A DNA stretch of 64,000 bases from Gammaproteobacteria bacterium (GTDB lineage Bacteria; Pseudomonadota; Gammaproteobacteria; Tethybacterales; G965206325). This document shows, piece by piece, positions 9,867 through 19,184 of this stretch. The notes beneath the pieces are model-generated. The model ran no database searches and was not told the origin of the DNA. It saw only the letters and a program-made list of their open reading frames with translations. The stretch spans positions 678,326-742,325 of the forward strand of contig OZ242208.1 of assembly GCA_965206325.1 (NCBI GenBank), in the 5' to 3' direction. The position numbers and the translations under genes were made by a program. Within the stretch, counting starts at the first letter, position 1. Each line of letters opens with the position of its first letter.

Positions 9867-11420
9867 TTATTCAATCGTCAAGTCGTCCAAGTCGTGCTTG
9901 CGGGCGGCGTTGGCATCGGCATCGCGCTCGCCTTTTAAGTTTAGGCGGATTTCATGCGATTTGCCGCTTTCCACATCTTCAAAGCGGCAGTGCAGAACTT
10001 GGCTTTCGTCGCAGGTATAGGTGATTTTAACTGGCTGTCCCGCCGGACGATTAGGGGGCAATTCCAAATCTTTCTCGTAGATCGGCTTCATATATTCGGG
10101 GTCTTTCTCCTCCCCTTGAGTCACATTGCACTTGATGGTGCGCTGTCCATCCGCAATGGTGTAAAAGGTATCTTCGGCAGTCGTCGGCAGCGGGGTGTTT
10201 TTTTCAATAATGATGACATTTGTTCGCTTCATCGTTTCGCCGTCTACGGTAATCGTGCCATAACTGTCATTCACCACATCGGTCACTTTGCGCGATTGCA
10301 ATTCCCGACGCGCCGATGCCGACACCGATTCCGGCCGCTCGCGCACGGCGGCGAGTCCGGCGCTAATCGCCGCGCCCATTGCCACCGCTTCGTCGGGATT
10401 AATTCCCGTCACCGGCTTCTTGCCGAACATTCGCTCCACCGAGGCGACAACGGCGGGAATGCGCGTGCTGCCGCCGACCAGCAGAATTTCATCGATCGCG
10501 TCCGGTTTTAAATTCGCGTCGTCCATCGCTTTTTCCACCAGCAATTCAGTTCTGGCGATGTAAGTGGAAATTGCCTCTTCAAAGCGAGCGCGCGGAAAAT
10601 CCAAGCGGATTCTTTCGCCGCCTGCCCGGTTTTCGAGCAGTACCGGGTATTTATCCTTTTTGGACAGGGCGCGCTTAACTTTCTCCGATTCCTGCTCCCA
10701 TTTGTAGCGCGGATTTTCGCCTTCGTCATTGTCGGTCGCGCACAATTCCTCGCCGGTTTTGGTGCGATATTCCTCCTCAAATATCTTCAGCAATTCGCGG
10801 TCAAAATCGCAGCCGCCAAGATGGGCGTCGCCCTGCGAAGTGATGATTTTAATGTCGCGTCCGCGCGCTTCCAAAATCGTCACATCAAAGGTGCCGCCGC
10901 CCAAATCAAAAACCAGATAGCAGCCGTTTAACGCATGCTCGGTCGCGTAGGCGATAGCCGCCGCCGTCGGTTCGTTGACGATATGAATCACATCCAGCCC
11001 GGCGAGCCGTCCGGCTTCCATCGTCGCCTTGCGGTCCTCCTCCTTGAAATAAGCGGGCACCGAAATGGCGACAGGTCCAACGCCTCCCTTGTGTTCAACG
11101 CCGCCGCTGACCGTTTTCTTGAGAATCAGCGACGACAAATCGGCGGGCGAATACTCTTTGCCGCCAATGATTTGGCGATAGGCGAGATTGTGCATCTCCC
11201 GCTTGATTTCCTTTACTAGGCGGTCTTCGGGATATCTGCCCGCGGCGTCTTTCGCCTCTCCGCCGATGGAGACGCGTTCATCTCCTTCAAATAAAATTAG
11301 CGACGGCGTAATGCGTTCGCCGTCGGTGTTCGGCACGATTTCGGGCTTGCCGAGTTCGTTCAAAATCGCCGCCGCCGAATTGGTGGTGCCGAGGTCAATG
11401 CCGGTGATGTGCTTTGCCAT
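9867..11420 (-). CDS. Hsp70-family ATPase lacking the C-terminal lid (HscC-like, 517 aa)
   Basis: Hsp70 NBD signatures GIDLGTTNSAAA and DLGGGTFDVTIL. A beta-sandwich SBD is present but no helical lid. Confidence 0.85.
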   Translation of the reverse strand: MAKHITGIDLGTTNSAAAILNELGKPEIVPNTDGERITPSLILFEGDERVSIGGEAKDAAGRYPEDRLVKEIKREMHNLAYRQIIGGKEYSPADLSSLILKKTVSGGVEHKGGVGPVAISVPAYFKEEDRKATMEAGRLAGLDVIHIVNEPTAAAIAYATEHALNGCYLVFDLGGGTFDVTILEARGRDIKIITSQGDAHLGGCDFDRELLKIFEEEYRTKTGEELCATDNDEGENPRYKWEQESEKVKRALSKKDKYPVLLENRAGGERIRLDFPRARFEEAISTYIARTELLVEKAMDDANLKPDAIDEILLVGGSTRIPAVVASVERMFGKKPVTGINPDEAVAMGAAISAGLAAVRERPESVSASARRELQSRKVTDVVNDSYGTITVDGETMKRTNVIIIEKNTPLPTTAEDTFYTIADGQRTIKCNVTQGEEKDPEYMKPIYEKDLELPPNRPAGQPVKITYTCDESQVLHCRFEDVESGKSHEIRLNLKGERDADANAARKHDLDDLTIE

Positions 11421-12086
11421 TTATTTTTTCTCCGTTTTGCCGCTGTCGGTGGACTTCGCTTCTTCCGCCTGCGGCGGCGAAAAGTGCCAAACCTTTACGC
11501 GCGCCTTTCGCCAGACAATTCCGTCGTCGGCATCGTCGCGTTTGTGCAGGACTCCACTTCTGGTGACTTCGCAAATTTTTCCGTCATCTTCCTGCCGCTG
11601 CGTTTCTTTGGCGCTCGCGACTTCCGCGCGACGGCGCCAATCGTCAAAGGTGTCGCCGACTTTCGGACGAATCCGTTCGCTGTCAAATTTTTCCAGCAGA
11701 AATTCGGCGAGTTGCCGGACATCAGCATACCACGCTTTTTCTTCGCCGGGTTTCGCGCGATTATTTTCGCGCTCTTCAAGATAATCAAGGAAGTCGGCCA
11801 CCTCGCCGAGCACCGCCTTGTGCTTGGATAAATCGTATCCTTCGCGCCATCGCTGCAATTCTTTTTCCTTTCCGGCGACAAAATCGCGCACGCCGCGCAG
11901 CTGCTCATCAATTTCGCCGATGCCTTTGTGCAGGGTGGATTCCAGCGCGGCAATTTTTTCCGCCTGCGCCGCAAATTGCTCGCGGATTAGCGACTCCAAT
12001 CTGCGATAATCGCCGCCGGATTCGTCCGCTTGCGGGGCCGAATCAGCGTCCGGCGAATCGTTGGGCTGTTTTTCGTCGTCCGTCAT
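11421..12086 (-). CDS. GrpE-like nucleotide exchange factor candidate
   Basis: Acidic disordered N-terminus, a long coiled coil, and a C-terminal beta-rich segment (KICEVTRSGVLHKRDDADDGIVWRKARVKV) that parallels the GrpE C-terminus. Its stop abuts the Hsp70 start. Confidence 0.5.
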   Translation of the reverse strand: MTDDEKQPNDSPDADSAPQADESGGDYRRLESLIREQFAAQAEKIAALESTLHKGIGEIDEQLRGVRDFVAGKEKELQRWREGYDLSKHKAVLGEVADFLDYLEERENNRAKPGEEKAWYADVRQLAEFLLEKFDSERIRPKVGDTFDDWRRRAEVASAKETQRQEDDGKICEVTRSGVLHKRDDADDGIVWRKARVKVWHFSPPQAEEAKSTDSGKTEKK

Positions 12087-12217
12087 AGCGGTCGGAGTAT
12101 ACCTTTTCCCTCAAACACATCGGAGCGGAGCGCAATTTCGCTGCAGAATCGGGCGGAAAACGCCGATGGGCGATTTGTTGCTTATTTCATACATCGCGAA
12201 AAACCCCCGCCGAATTG

Positions 12218-12246
12218 TTGCGTTTTCTAAAAAATCGGCGTATAAT
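12218..12246 (+). promoter_or_regulatory. near-consensus sigma70-type promoter (TTGCGT-17-TATAAT) with no downstream plus-strand CDS
   Basis: TTGCGT at 12218-12223, a 17-nt spacer, TATAAT at 12241-12246. A T7 run preceded by a weak hairpin lies near 12302-12352. Confidence 0.35.
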
Positions 12247-12426
12247 AATCAGCATCCTCGCAGATAAAGCGGCTGTCCGTTGGATGTCCGCCTGATGCGA
12301 TGGCAAGCAATACAGGTTCTTGGTTATCCTTTTCTTGCCGTTGTGCTTTTTTTGTGGCGCAGACATGGGAACTCCCTCCCTCATGCTTCTGCGCCGCCAT
12401 TTTCCGCGAAAGAATTGCGGACGATT

Positions 12427-13482
12427 TCAATGCGTTAATTCTCCCGCCGCATATTTTTCCGCCATTGCATCCAAAGGAAGAGGCGTTATTTTTTCCGCCT
12501 GACCCGCCGTGCCGAAGGCGTGGAATCGCTCTTCGCACACTTCGCGCATTTTGGCGATTGCCGGCTTGTTAAATTTGCGCGGATCAAATTCGCGCGGATT
12601 CTCAGCGGCGACTTTGCGATACTGCCCGATAATCGCCATTCGGCAGTCGGTGTCTATGTTGATTTTGCGCACGCCGTGCTTGATGCCGACGACAATTTCC
12701 TCCACCGGCACGCCCCAAGTTTGCGGCATTTCGCCGCCGTGCCGATTAATAATCTCTTGCAATTCCTGCGGCACCGATGAAGATCCATGCATCACCAAAT
12801 GCAGCGACGGCATTTTGCCGTTGATTTGCCTGACGACATCAATCGCCAGAATCGCCCCGTCCGGCTTTCGGCTGAATTTATACGCTCCGTGCGATGTGCC
12901 GATGGCGACCGCCAAAGCGTCCACCTGAGTCGCGCGGACAAATTCAGCGGCTTGGGCGGGATCGGTCAATAGCATTTCTCGGCTTAATTTTCCTTCTGCG
13001 CCGTGTCCGTCTTCGGCTTCGCCCTCGCCGGTTTCCAGCGAGCCGAGGCAGCCCAATTCGCCTTCCACCGAAACGCCGACCAGATGCGCCGTCTCGGCGA
13101 CCTGCCTTGTCACGCGCATATTGTATTCGTAGTCGGCGGGTGTTTTGGCGTCTTCCATAAGCGAGCCGTCCATCATTACGCTGGTGAATCCGTTGGCGAT
13201 TGCCGACAGGCAAGTGCGCGGATTATTGCCGTGATCCTGATGCATGCAGACGGGAATGCGCGGATGCATTTCCACCGCCGCCTGCATTAATCGTCGCAGA
13301 AAAACATCGCCGGCGTATTGGCGGGCGCCGCGGCTCGCCTGAATAATAACGGGCGCGGAAGCGGAATCGGCGGCTTGCATAATCGCCTGAATCTGCTCCA
13401 TATTATTGACATTAAACGCCGGCACGCCGTAGTTGTTTTCGGCGGCGTGATCCAGCAATTGCCGCAGCGAAATGAGGGCCAT
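12427..13482 (-). CDS. fba: fructose-bisphosphate aldolase class II
   Basis: [30 protein letters not shown] and the rest match class II FBA over full length. Start placed at MALIS. Confidence 0.9.
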   Translation of the reverse strand: MALISLRQLLDHAAENNYGVPAFNVNNMEQIQAIMQAADSASAPVIIQASRGARQYAGDVFLRRLMQAAVEMHPRIPVCMHQDHGNNPRTCLSAIANGFTSVMMDGSLMEDAKTPADYEYNMRVTRQVAETAHLVGVSVEGELGCLGSLETGEGEAEDGHGAEGKLSREMLLTDPAQAAEFVRATQVDALAVAIGTSHGAYKFSRKPDGAILAIDVVRQINGKMPSLHLVMHGSSSVPQELQEIINRHGGEMPQTWGVPVEEIVVGIKHGVRKINIDTDCRMAIIGQYRKVAAENPREFDPRKFNKPAIAKMREVCEERFHAFGTAGQAEKITPLPLDAMAEKYAAGELTH

Positions 13483-13615
13483 TTTGTTTTCTCCTTTTGA
13501 ATAAATTCGCCGCCCCATTTTAGCAGAACGACGGTTATAACGAAAAAATAGTGAAGTAGCGGCGCATGTTAAAGTTTTCCGCGAGTATAATGCACCTGCC
13601 CAAGTAAAATGAAAT

Positions 13616-14182
13616 ATGGCGAGCGACGATTTTCTCTCAACAGAAGTGACTGAATTCCGCGCCCAGAACGCGAGAGATGCCCGCCGCTTTCTGGCGTCTT
13701 TTATCAGCGATGGCGCGATGGCGGGGGACTTGCTTGCCTTGGACTACGAAGAGGCAGCGGTACTTGTTCACGACTCGATGCGCCGGAAAATTGGTGGCTT
13801 GCCGATGGGTTGTTTTCTCTTGTCGACCCGCCTCGCGCCCTCAAGCGGTTCGGACGCGGCCGGACCGAATCCGAACGATGAAGACACTGCCCTGATTTTG
13901 TTGCGTGTTGTCGGCCGCGCGCAATTGCCCAATCGTGCCGACACGGATAAATACCGTCTAGACGCGGCCCTGCGCGCTATCGACAGCCCCGAAAACTGGG
14001 ACACTGAAAACAAAACCGACCAGTTCACGCTCAACCGACTCCGGCACGCAGGCGTTCGTTGCGCTGTGCTAGGCACTTTTCGCATGGAGTTGGAGCAACT
14101 GAAAGATAATTGGCGTCTGGGGTTTGGCGCCGACATTTCCAATTTCTACTCCGGCCAGGGGATGAAGGTTTACGGCGGATAG
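13616..14182 (+). pseudogene. 5' fragment of a HerA-like ATPase gene interrupted by an IS30-family element
   Basis: 188-aa ORF whose stop codon TAG is supplied by the first 3 nt of the IS inverted repeat. Removing the IS under two of three boundary models fuses it in frame to ORF 15183-16784. Confidence 0.55.
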
Positions 14183-15174
14183 TCATACTCAGTGCAACAC
14201 TGAATGGAGGTTGCGTTGGGCAAACGATTAACATTGGAAAAGCGACAGTTGATTGAGGGGCATCTGTCGGACGAGAGGTCGCTGCGGTGGATAGCGAGGG
14301 CTTTGGGCGTATCGGCATCGACCATCAGCCGCGAAGTGCGGCGCAATGGTGGGTGCGATGGTTATGATGCGGTGAGTGCGCAAGTGCGCTCGGCGGTAAT
14401 GCGGGTGGGGATTGGGCCGCCGTTGGTGTCGGGGATGGCGTGGTCGGCGGCGCAAGCGGAGTTGGCGAAGCGGCATAGTCCGGAGCAGATTGCGGGGCAT
14501 CGGTCGGATATTAGCGCGTCAACCATTCGCCGTCGGATAGCGGTGGAGCGGCTGCAGGGCGGAATGTCGCATCGGCATTTGCGGCGACGCGGCAAGCAGC
14601 GATTGTCGGCGGCGGCGCGCGCATTATGCCGCTGCAACAATATTCCGCATCGGATTCATTATGGACACCGCCCATTGGCGGCTGACGCGCGCAGCGAGAA
14701 TGGTCATTGGGAAATGGATACCATGTGGGATATCGGCACGCATGGTCGCGCTGGCGCCCTTGTCTTAACAGACCGCAAAAGCCGCCTGACTTGTCTGGCA
14801 GCGTTGCCGAAACGCACCGCCCGCGCCGTTGCGCAAGCCGCTGTCACTCTGCTGAAGCCTCACCCGTGCCACTCCATCACCGCCGACAACGGCGGCGAAT
14901 TCGCCAAGCATCATCTTATTACCCAAGCCCTCGGCGCGCCGGTGTTCTTTACCGATCCGGGCAGTCCCTGGCAGCGCGGCACCTGCGAAAACACCATCAG
15001 CCTAATCCGCGACCTCACCCCCAAACAGCGGCTCGGCTCAATGAACCCCGCCGCAATCCGCCGTATCGCCAATGCCATCAATCATCGACCAATGAAACTT
15101 CATCACTGGCAAACCCGATTCATGGCATCATCGCAACCATAACTTACCGTTGCACTGAGTATGACTATCCACAT
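14174..15174 (+). mobile_element. IS30-family insertion sequence, copy 1 (about 1.0 kb)
   Basis: Terminal inverted repeats GGCGGATAGTCATACTCAGTGCAAC and GTTGCACTGAGTATGACTATCCACAT (19-bp perfect core). It is 100% identical to the segment 18169-19169. Possible 2-bp AC target duplication. Confidence 0.85.
14204..15142 (+). CDS. IS30-family DDE transposase
   Basis: 312 aa with an N-terminal HTH and a DDE region (HWEMDTMW...ITADNGGEF...PGSPWQRGTCENTISLIRD) typical of IS30 transposases. Confidence 0.85.
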   Translation: MEVALGKRLTLEKRQLIEGHLSDERSLRWIARALGVSASTISREVRRNGGCDGYDAVSAQVRSAVMRVGIGPPLVSGMAWSAAQAELAKRHSPEQIAGHRSDISASTIRRRIAVERLQGGMSHRHLRRRGKQRLSAAARALCRCNNIPHRIHYGHRPLAADARSENGHWEMDTMWDIGTHGRAGALVLTDRKSRLTCLAALPKRTARAVAQAAVTLLKPHPCHSITADNGGEFAKHHLITQALGAPVFFTDPGSPWQRGTCENTISLIRDLTPKQRLGSMNPAAIRRIANAINHRPMKLHHWQTRFMASSQP

Positions 15175-15182
15175 ACAAACCG

Positions 15183-16784
15183 ATGGGGGGCGCTCTGTCG
15201 CGCATCGTCAACTTTACCAAACCAGCAGGCGATCCGCATCCGCTTTCCGGCAAGTCGGTGCCGGTCGGGCGTGTGCGCTACTGTTCCAGCGAAATCGCCG
15301 TCAACGCGAAACGCGACAATGTTCCCGTGACGATGGATCCCACCGACCTGTTGGCCCGGCGCACCGCGCTGTTTGGCATGAGCCGCAGCGGAAAATCCAA
15401 TACTATCAAGACCGTGTCGGCCGCCATTTTTATGTTACGCGATCACGACCCCAATTTGGGCCGCATTGGGCAGTTGATTTTTGACACTAATGGTGAGTAC
15501 TGCAACGACAATCCGCAGGATAACGGCTGCTTACGAAATGTCTGGCGCGAGACCCGAAAAACTGCTCAAGGCGATGTTGTCACTTACGGTTTGCATCCGC
15601 ACCCCAATGATCTAAATCGTCGACTGGTGAAAGTCAATTTCTTCGGAGAAACGCCGACGGCTTGGTCGGACCGGGAAAGCGTTGCGTCGGCGATGGACAT
15701 GTTGCTTGCCGGTAAGGCCATTATTGACGAGAGTATGCCGACGGAGGGTGCGCACTATGTCAAAAATTTCCTCAACACCGCGATGGATCTCCCGCCAGAA
15801 TGGGACAAGGGGACTCAAATACGCTATCAGCGATGCGTCATCGTCTATCGCGCTCTACTGTTCGGAGCGGGGTTTGCACCGCCACAAAATATGGGACAGG
15901 CAAACATTGCCGGGTTGTTTGGAAAAAATATCCGGGAATCCCTTGATGCTGCTGGCTATGAAGCGACGGCTGCAACATTCGAGAAACATCAGGTTGAGTG
16001 GACGTCTCTGGTTGCATCGCTGAAAGATCTGCGGAAATTTTTGTCGTCCGACGCAGGAATGAATTTCGACAAGCTCTGCTCCGAAAGCTCGCGTGGTAAG
16101 AGCTGGAGCGACGATAGGCTTGTGGGGTTGCTTTCGCTTCTCGAGCGCCCACAGGGGATCGCACGGTTGCGCGGGCTGAAAACGCAGCACAGCCCAGATG
16201 TGTCGGTTGACTACGCGGTTAAGATTGTCGACGATCTTGTCGCAGGACGGCTTGTCATCATGGACCAGTCGACCGGTGCTCCGGATTTGATTCAACGAGC
16301 CTCGGAGCGCATTATGTGGGAATTATTTAACCGCCAAAAGGAAACGTTTATCTCGCCGGCCCGAGATAAAAACGATGAGTTGGTTCTAGACGAAAACAAC
16401 AACATCAAACCGCCACCCGATGTTATCGTTTACGCAGAGGAGGCGCACAATCTCTTGCCCGCAAAGAATGCTGATCTTTCTTCGGTATGGGCGCGCATCG
16501 TCAAAGAGGGATCCAAGTTCCACATCGGCATGGTGTATTCCACTCAAGAGCCGAGCTCCATCCTGTCCAACATCCTCAAGAACACCGACAATTGGTTTGT
16601 GGCTCATCTCAACAATCAGGATGAGATGCGCGAGCTCAGGAAGTATTACGACTTCGAGATGTTCGCCGGACAGATTTTGAAAGTGCCTGATACCGGATTC
16701 GTGCGGATGCGCTGCCTGTCTAATCCTTATATCGTCCCAATTCAGGTCGACCGATTCGCCATGAAACTCGAGGAGGGGAAATAG
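15183..16784 (+). CDS. HerA/FtsK-superfamily ATPase (DUF87-like), 3' portion of the IS-split gene
   Basis: Walker A GMSRSGKSNT and Walker B VIVYAEEAHNLLP (hhhhEEAH type typical of HerA/DUF87). Lower GC and different codon usage than flanking core genes. Confidence 0.6.
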   Translation: MGGALSRIVNFTKPAGDPHPLSGKSVPVGRVRYCSSEIAVNAKRDNVPVTMDPTDLLARRTALFGMSRSGKSNTIKTVSAAIFMLRDHDPNLGRIGQLIFDTNGEYCNDNPQDNGCLRNVWRETRKTAQGDVVTYGLHPHPNDLNRRLVKVNFFGETPTAWSDRESVASAMDMLLAGKAIIDESMPTEGAHYVKNFLNTAMDLPPEWDKGTQIRYQRCVIVYRALLFGAGFAPPQNMGQANIAGLFGKNIRESLDAAGYEATAATFEKHQVEWTSLVASLKDLRKFLSSDAGMNFDKLCSESSRGKSWSDDRLVGLLSLLERPQGIARLRGLKTQHSPDVSVDYAVKIVDDLVAGRLVIMDQSTGAPDLIQRASERIMWELFNRQKETFISPARDKNDELVLDENNNIKPPPDVIVYAEEAHNLLPAKNADLSSVWARIVKEGSKFHIGMVYSTQEPSSILSNILKNTDNWFVAHLNNQDEMRELRKYYDFEMFAGQILKVPDTGFVRMRCLSNPYIVPIQVDRFAMKLEEGK

Positions 16785-16788
16785 TCCG

Positions 16789-18117
16789 ATGCCTTACGAA
16801 AGGGAGGTCGCCAGCGGCGACAGTTTGATTTGGCTGAAAAACAGCGAGGTTTTGCGGGAGTTCAAAGGAATCATCCAGCGTCGAGAAGAAATCCCTCAAT
16901 TTCCCCCGCCGCTGCTGACGGATATTAAGCGCATCGGTTGGTGGCCGCGGCGAGTCATCGCAGTGGACGGCTCCAACATCGTCCAGCGCGTCAACAACGG
17001 CTTTCCGGGGGCCGAGGCGGGGTTGATGATGGTTTCAGTCGTCTCCATCAAATTAGAGATGCTGCGCGCTATCGCACCCGGGACGATTCCCAGCCCGGCG
17101 ATTTTTCACAATATGGAAAACGCCTGCACCTTGGAAGCCGCCGTGCCGGGCATTGGCGTGGTGCGCCGCGATGTCAAAAACGACTCGCCGAAAGAATTCT
17201 TTCGGCACTGCGTCTACGAAGTGCTGTCCGGCACTGTTGCCGGAAACCATGAAAGTTTGCTAGAAACGCTACGCGCTATCGATGAAAAACGGAAAATTGA
17301 AATTCCATGTCCCATCGATGGGTGCAGCGAACACTTTGTCCGCCAGCAAGGGAAATACTGCTGCAACTGCCAAAGACATGAAACAATGTTTGAGACGGAT
17401 GCCCTGCGATTGCATCAATACTTTCAAGACATCGGCGGTAGCGGCGAAGCGCACGGACGACTACGGGATGTATTGGAGCTTTTAGTGCTACTGAATATTC
17501 TGCGGTTCTTCGCGGAAAAGGAGCCGGCGTATCTCGCCGACTGTGCCTTTGTATTGGACGGTCCCCTCGCTGTGTTCGGGGCTCCGGCCTCCATTTTGCG
17601 GTCGGTCCGCAACGAGTTTGTGCGCTTGAATGAAAAGGCCCGGTCATTTAACAAGCAGGATATTGTCGTATTCGGCATTGAAAAATCCGGTCGCTTTTTC
17701 GAGCATTGGGAGGAAATTGACTGGGACGATGAAAAAGGGCCGCGTCGTCGGTTTCCTACCGGCACTGTCCTTGCACTGGATAATGATTACATTTCCCGAA
17801 ATATCGTAGCATCCAGCGCCAAAAGTAAACCCTACGGCGAGGACACTTATTACGGCAGAAAGGTTTTTTACAAAACGCAGAAAGAAGAACATGTCGTTCT
17901 TAACACCGCTATGTTGAATACGACCGCACAGGATTTCAACCGGAATGACATGAAATGTTATCCACGCTTGGGTGACATTCTGGATGTGATGGATCAACTT
18001 GCGACCCATCTTTACCGCGACGGTTTCATGCCGTTGACGCGCGCACACGCGCACGCCGCCATTCCGCTGAAACGCGGAGCTGACATCATCAAGAGTTTGT
18101 TGGAGGACAGCGCGTGA
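16789..18117 (+). CDS. NurA-like nuclease candidate partner of the HerA-like ATPase
   Basis: Begins 5 nt after the ATPase stop. N-terminal VIAVDGSNI matches the NurA (I/V)DGS catalytic motif. Internal Cys cluster CPIDGC...CCNC is zinc-ribbon-like. Confidence 0.4.
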   Translation: MPYEREVASGDSLIWLKNSEVLREFKGIIQRREEIPQFPPPLLTDIKRIGWWPRRVIAVDGSNIVQRVNNGFPGAEAGLMMVSVVSIKLEMLRAIAPGTIPSPAIFHNMENACTLEAAVPGIGVVRRDVKNDSPKEFFRHCVYEVLSGTVAGNHESLLETLRAIDEKRKIEIPCPIDGCSEHFVRQQGKYCCNCQRHETMFETDALRLHQYFQDIGGSGEAHGRLRDVLELLVLLNILRFFAEKEPAYLADCAFVLDGPLAVFGAPASILRSVRNEFVRLNEKARSFNKQDIVVFGIEKSGRFFEHWEEIDWDDEKGPRRRFPTGTVLALDNDYISRNIVASSAKSKPYGEDTYYGRKVFYKTQKEEHVVLNTAMLNTTAQDFNRNDMKCYPRLGDILDVMDQLATHLYRDGFMPLTRAHAHAAIPLKRGADIIKSLLEDSA

Positions 18118-18168
18118 CCAAACTCGCATGGCCATACAGCACAGCCGAGGGGCGTTGGGCGGGGTTTG

Positions 18169-19169
18169 GGCGGATAGTCATACTCAGTGCAACACTGAAT
18201 GGAGGTTGCGTTGGGCAAACGATTAACATTGGAAAAGCGACAGTTGATTGAGGGGCATCTGTCGGACGAGAGGTCGCTGCGGTGGATAGCGAGGGCTTTG
18301 GGCGTATCGGCATCGACCATCAGCCGCGAAGTGCGGCGCAATGGTGGGTGCGATGGTTATGATGCGGTGAGTGCGCAAGTGCGCTCGGCGGTAATGCGGG
18401 TGGGGATTGGGCCGCCGTTGGTGTCGGGGATGGCGTGGTCGGCGGCGCAAGCGGAGTTGGCGAAGCGGCATAGTCCGGAGCAGATTGCGGGGCATCGGTC
18501 GGATATTAGCGCGTCAACCATTCGCCGTCGGATAGCGGTGGAGCGGCTGCAGGGCGGAATGTCGCATCGGCATTTGCGGCGACGCGGCAAGCAGCGATTG
18601 TCGGCGGCGGCGCGCGCATTATGCCGCTGCAACAATATTCCGCATCGGATTCATTATGGACACCGCCCATTGGCGGCTGACGCGCGCAGCGAGAATGGTC
18701 ATTGGGAAATGGATACCATGTGGGATATCGGCACGCATGGTCGCGCTGGCGCCCTTGTCTTAACAGACCGCAAAAGCCGCCTGACTTGTCTGGCAGCGTT
18801 GCCGAAACGCACCGCCCGCGCCGTTGCGCAAGCCGCTGTCACTCTGCTGAAGCCTCACCCGTGCCACTCCATCACCGCCGACAACGGCGGCGAATTCGCC
18901 AAGCATCATCTTATTACCCAAGCCCTCGGCGCGCCGGTGTTCTTTACCGATCCGGGCAGTCCCTGGCAGCGCGGCACCTGCGAAAACACCATCAGCCTAA
19001 TCCGCGACCTCACCCCCAAACAGCGGCTCGGCTCAATGAACCCCGCCGCAATCCGCCGTATCGCCAATGCCATCAATCATCGACCAATGAAACTTCATCA
19101 CTGGCAAACCCGATTCATGGCATCATCGCAACCATAACTTACCGTTGCACTGAGTATGACTATCCACAT
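18169..19169 (+). mobile_element. IS30-family insertion sequence, copy 2 (identical to copy 1)
   Basis: Identical to 14174-15174 at a constant offset of 3995 nt, including both inverted repeats. Confidence 0.85.
18199..19137 (+). CDS. IS30-family DDE transposase (second copy)
   Basis: Translation is identical to 14204-15142. Confidence 0.85.
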   Translation: MEVALGKRLTLEKRQLIEGHLSDERSLRWIARALGVSASTISREVRRNGGCDGYDAVSAQVRSAVMRVGIGPPLVSGMAWSAAQAELAKRHSPEQIAGHRSDISASTIRRRIAVERLQGGMSHRHLRRRGKQRLSAAARALCRCNNIPHRIHYGHRPLAADARSENGHWEMDTMWDIGTHGRAGALVLTDRKSRLTCLAALPKRTARAVAQAAVTLLKPHPCHSITADNGGEFAKHHLITQALGAPVFFTDPGSPWQRGTCENTISLIRDLTPKQRLGSMNPAAIRRIANAINHRPMKLHHWQTRFMASSQP

Positions 19170-19184
19170 GGTCCCTATTACGCG

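Noticed and set aside
14174-19169. Shared GGCGGA (left) and TCCACAT (right) words outside the perfect inverted repeats, considered as target-site duplications
   Set aside because: They are identical in both copies, so they are more likely the imperfect outer part of the IS terminal repeats. A 2-bp AC duplication is visible only for copy 1 and could be chance.
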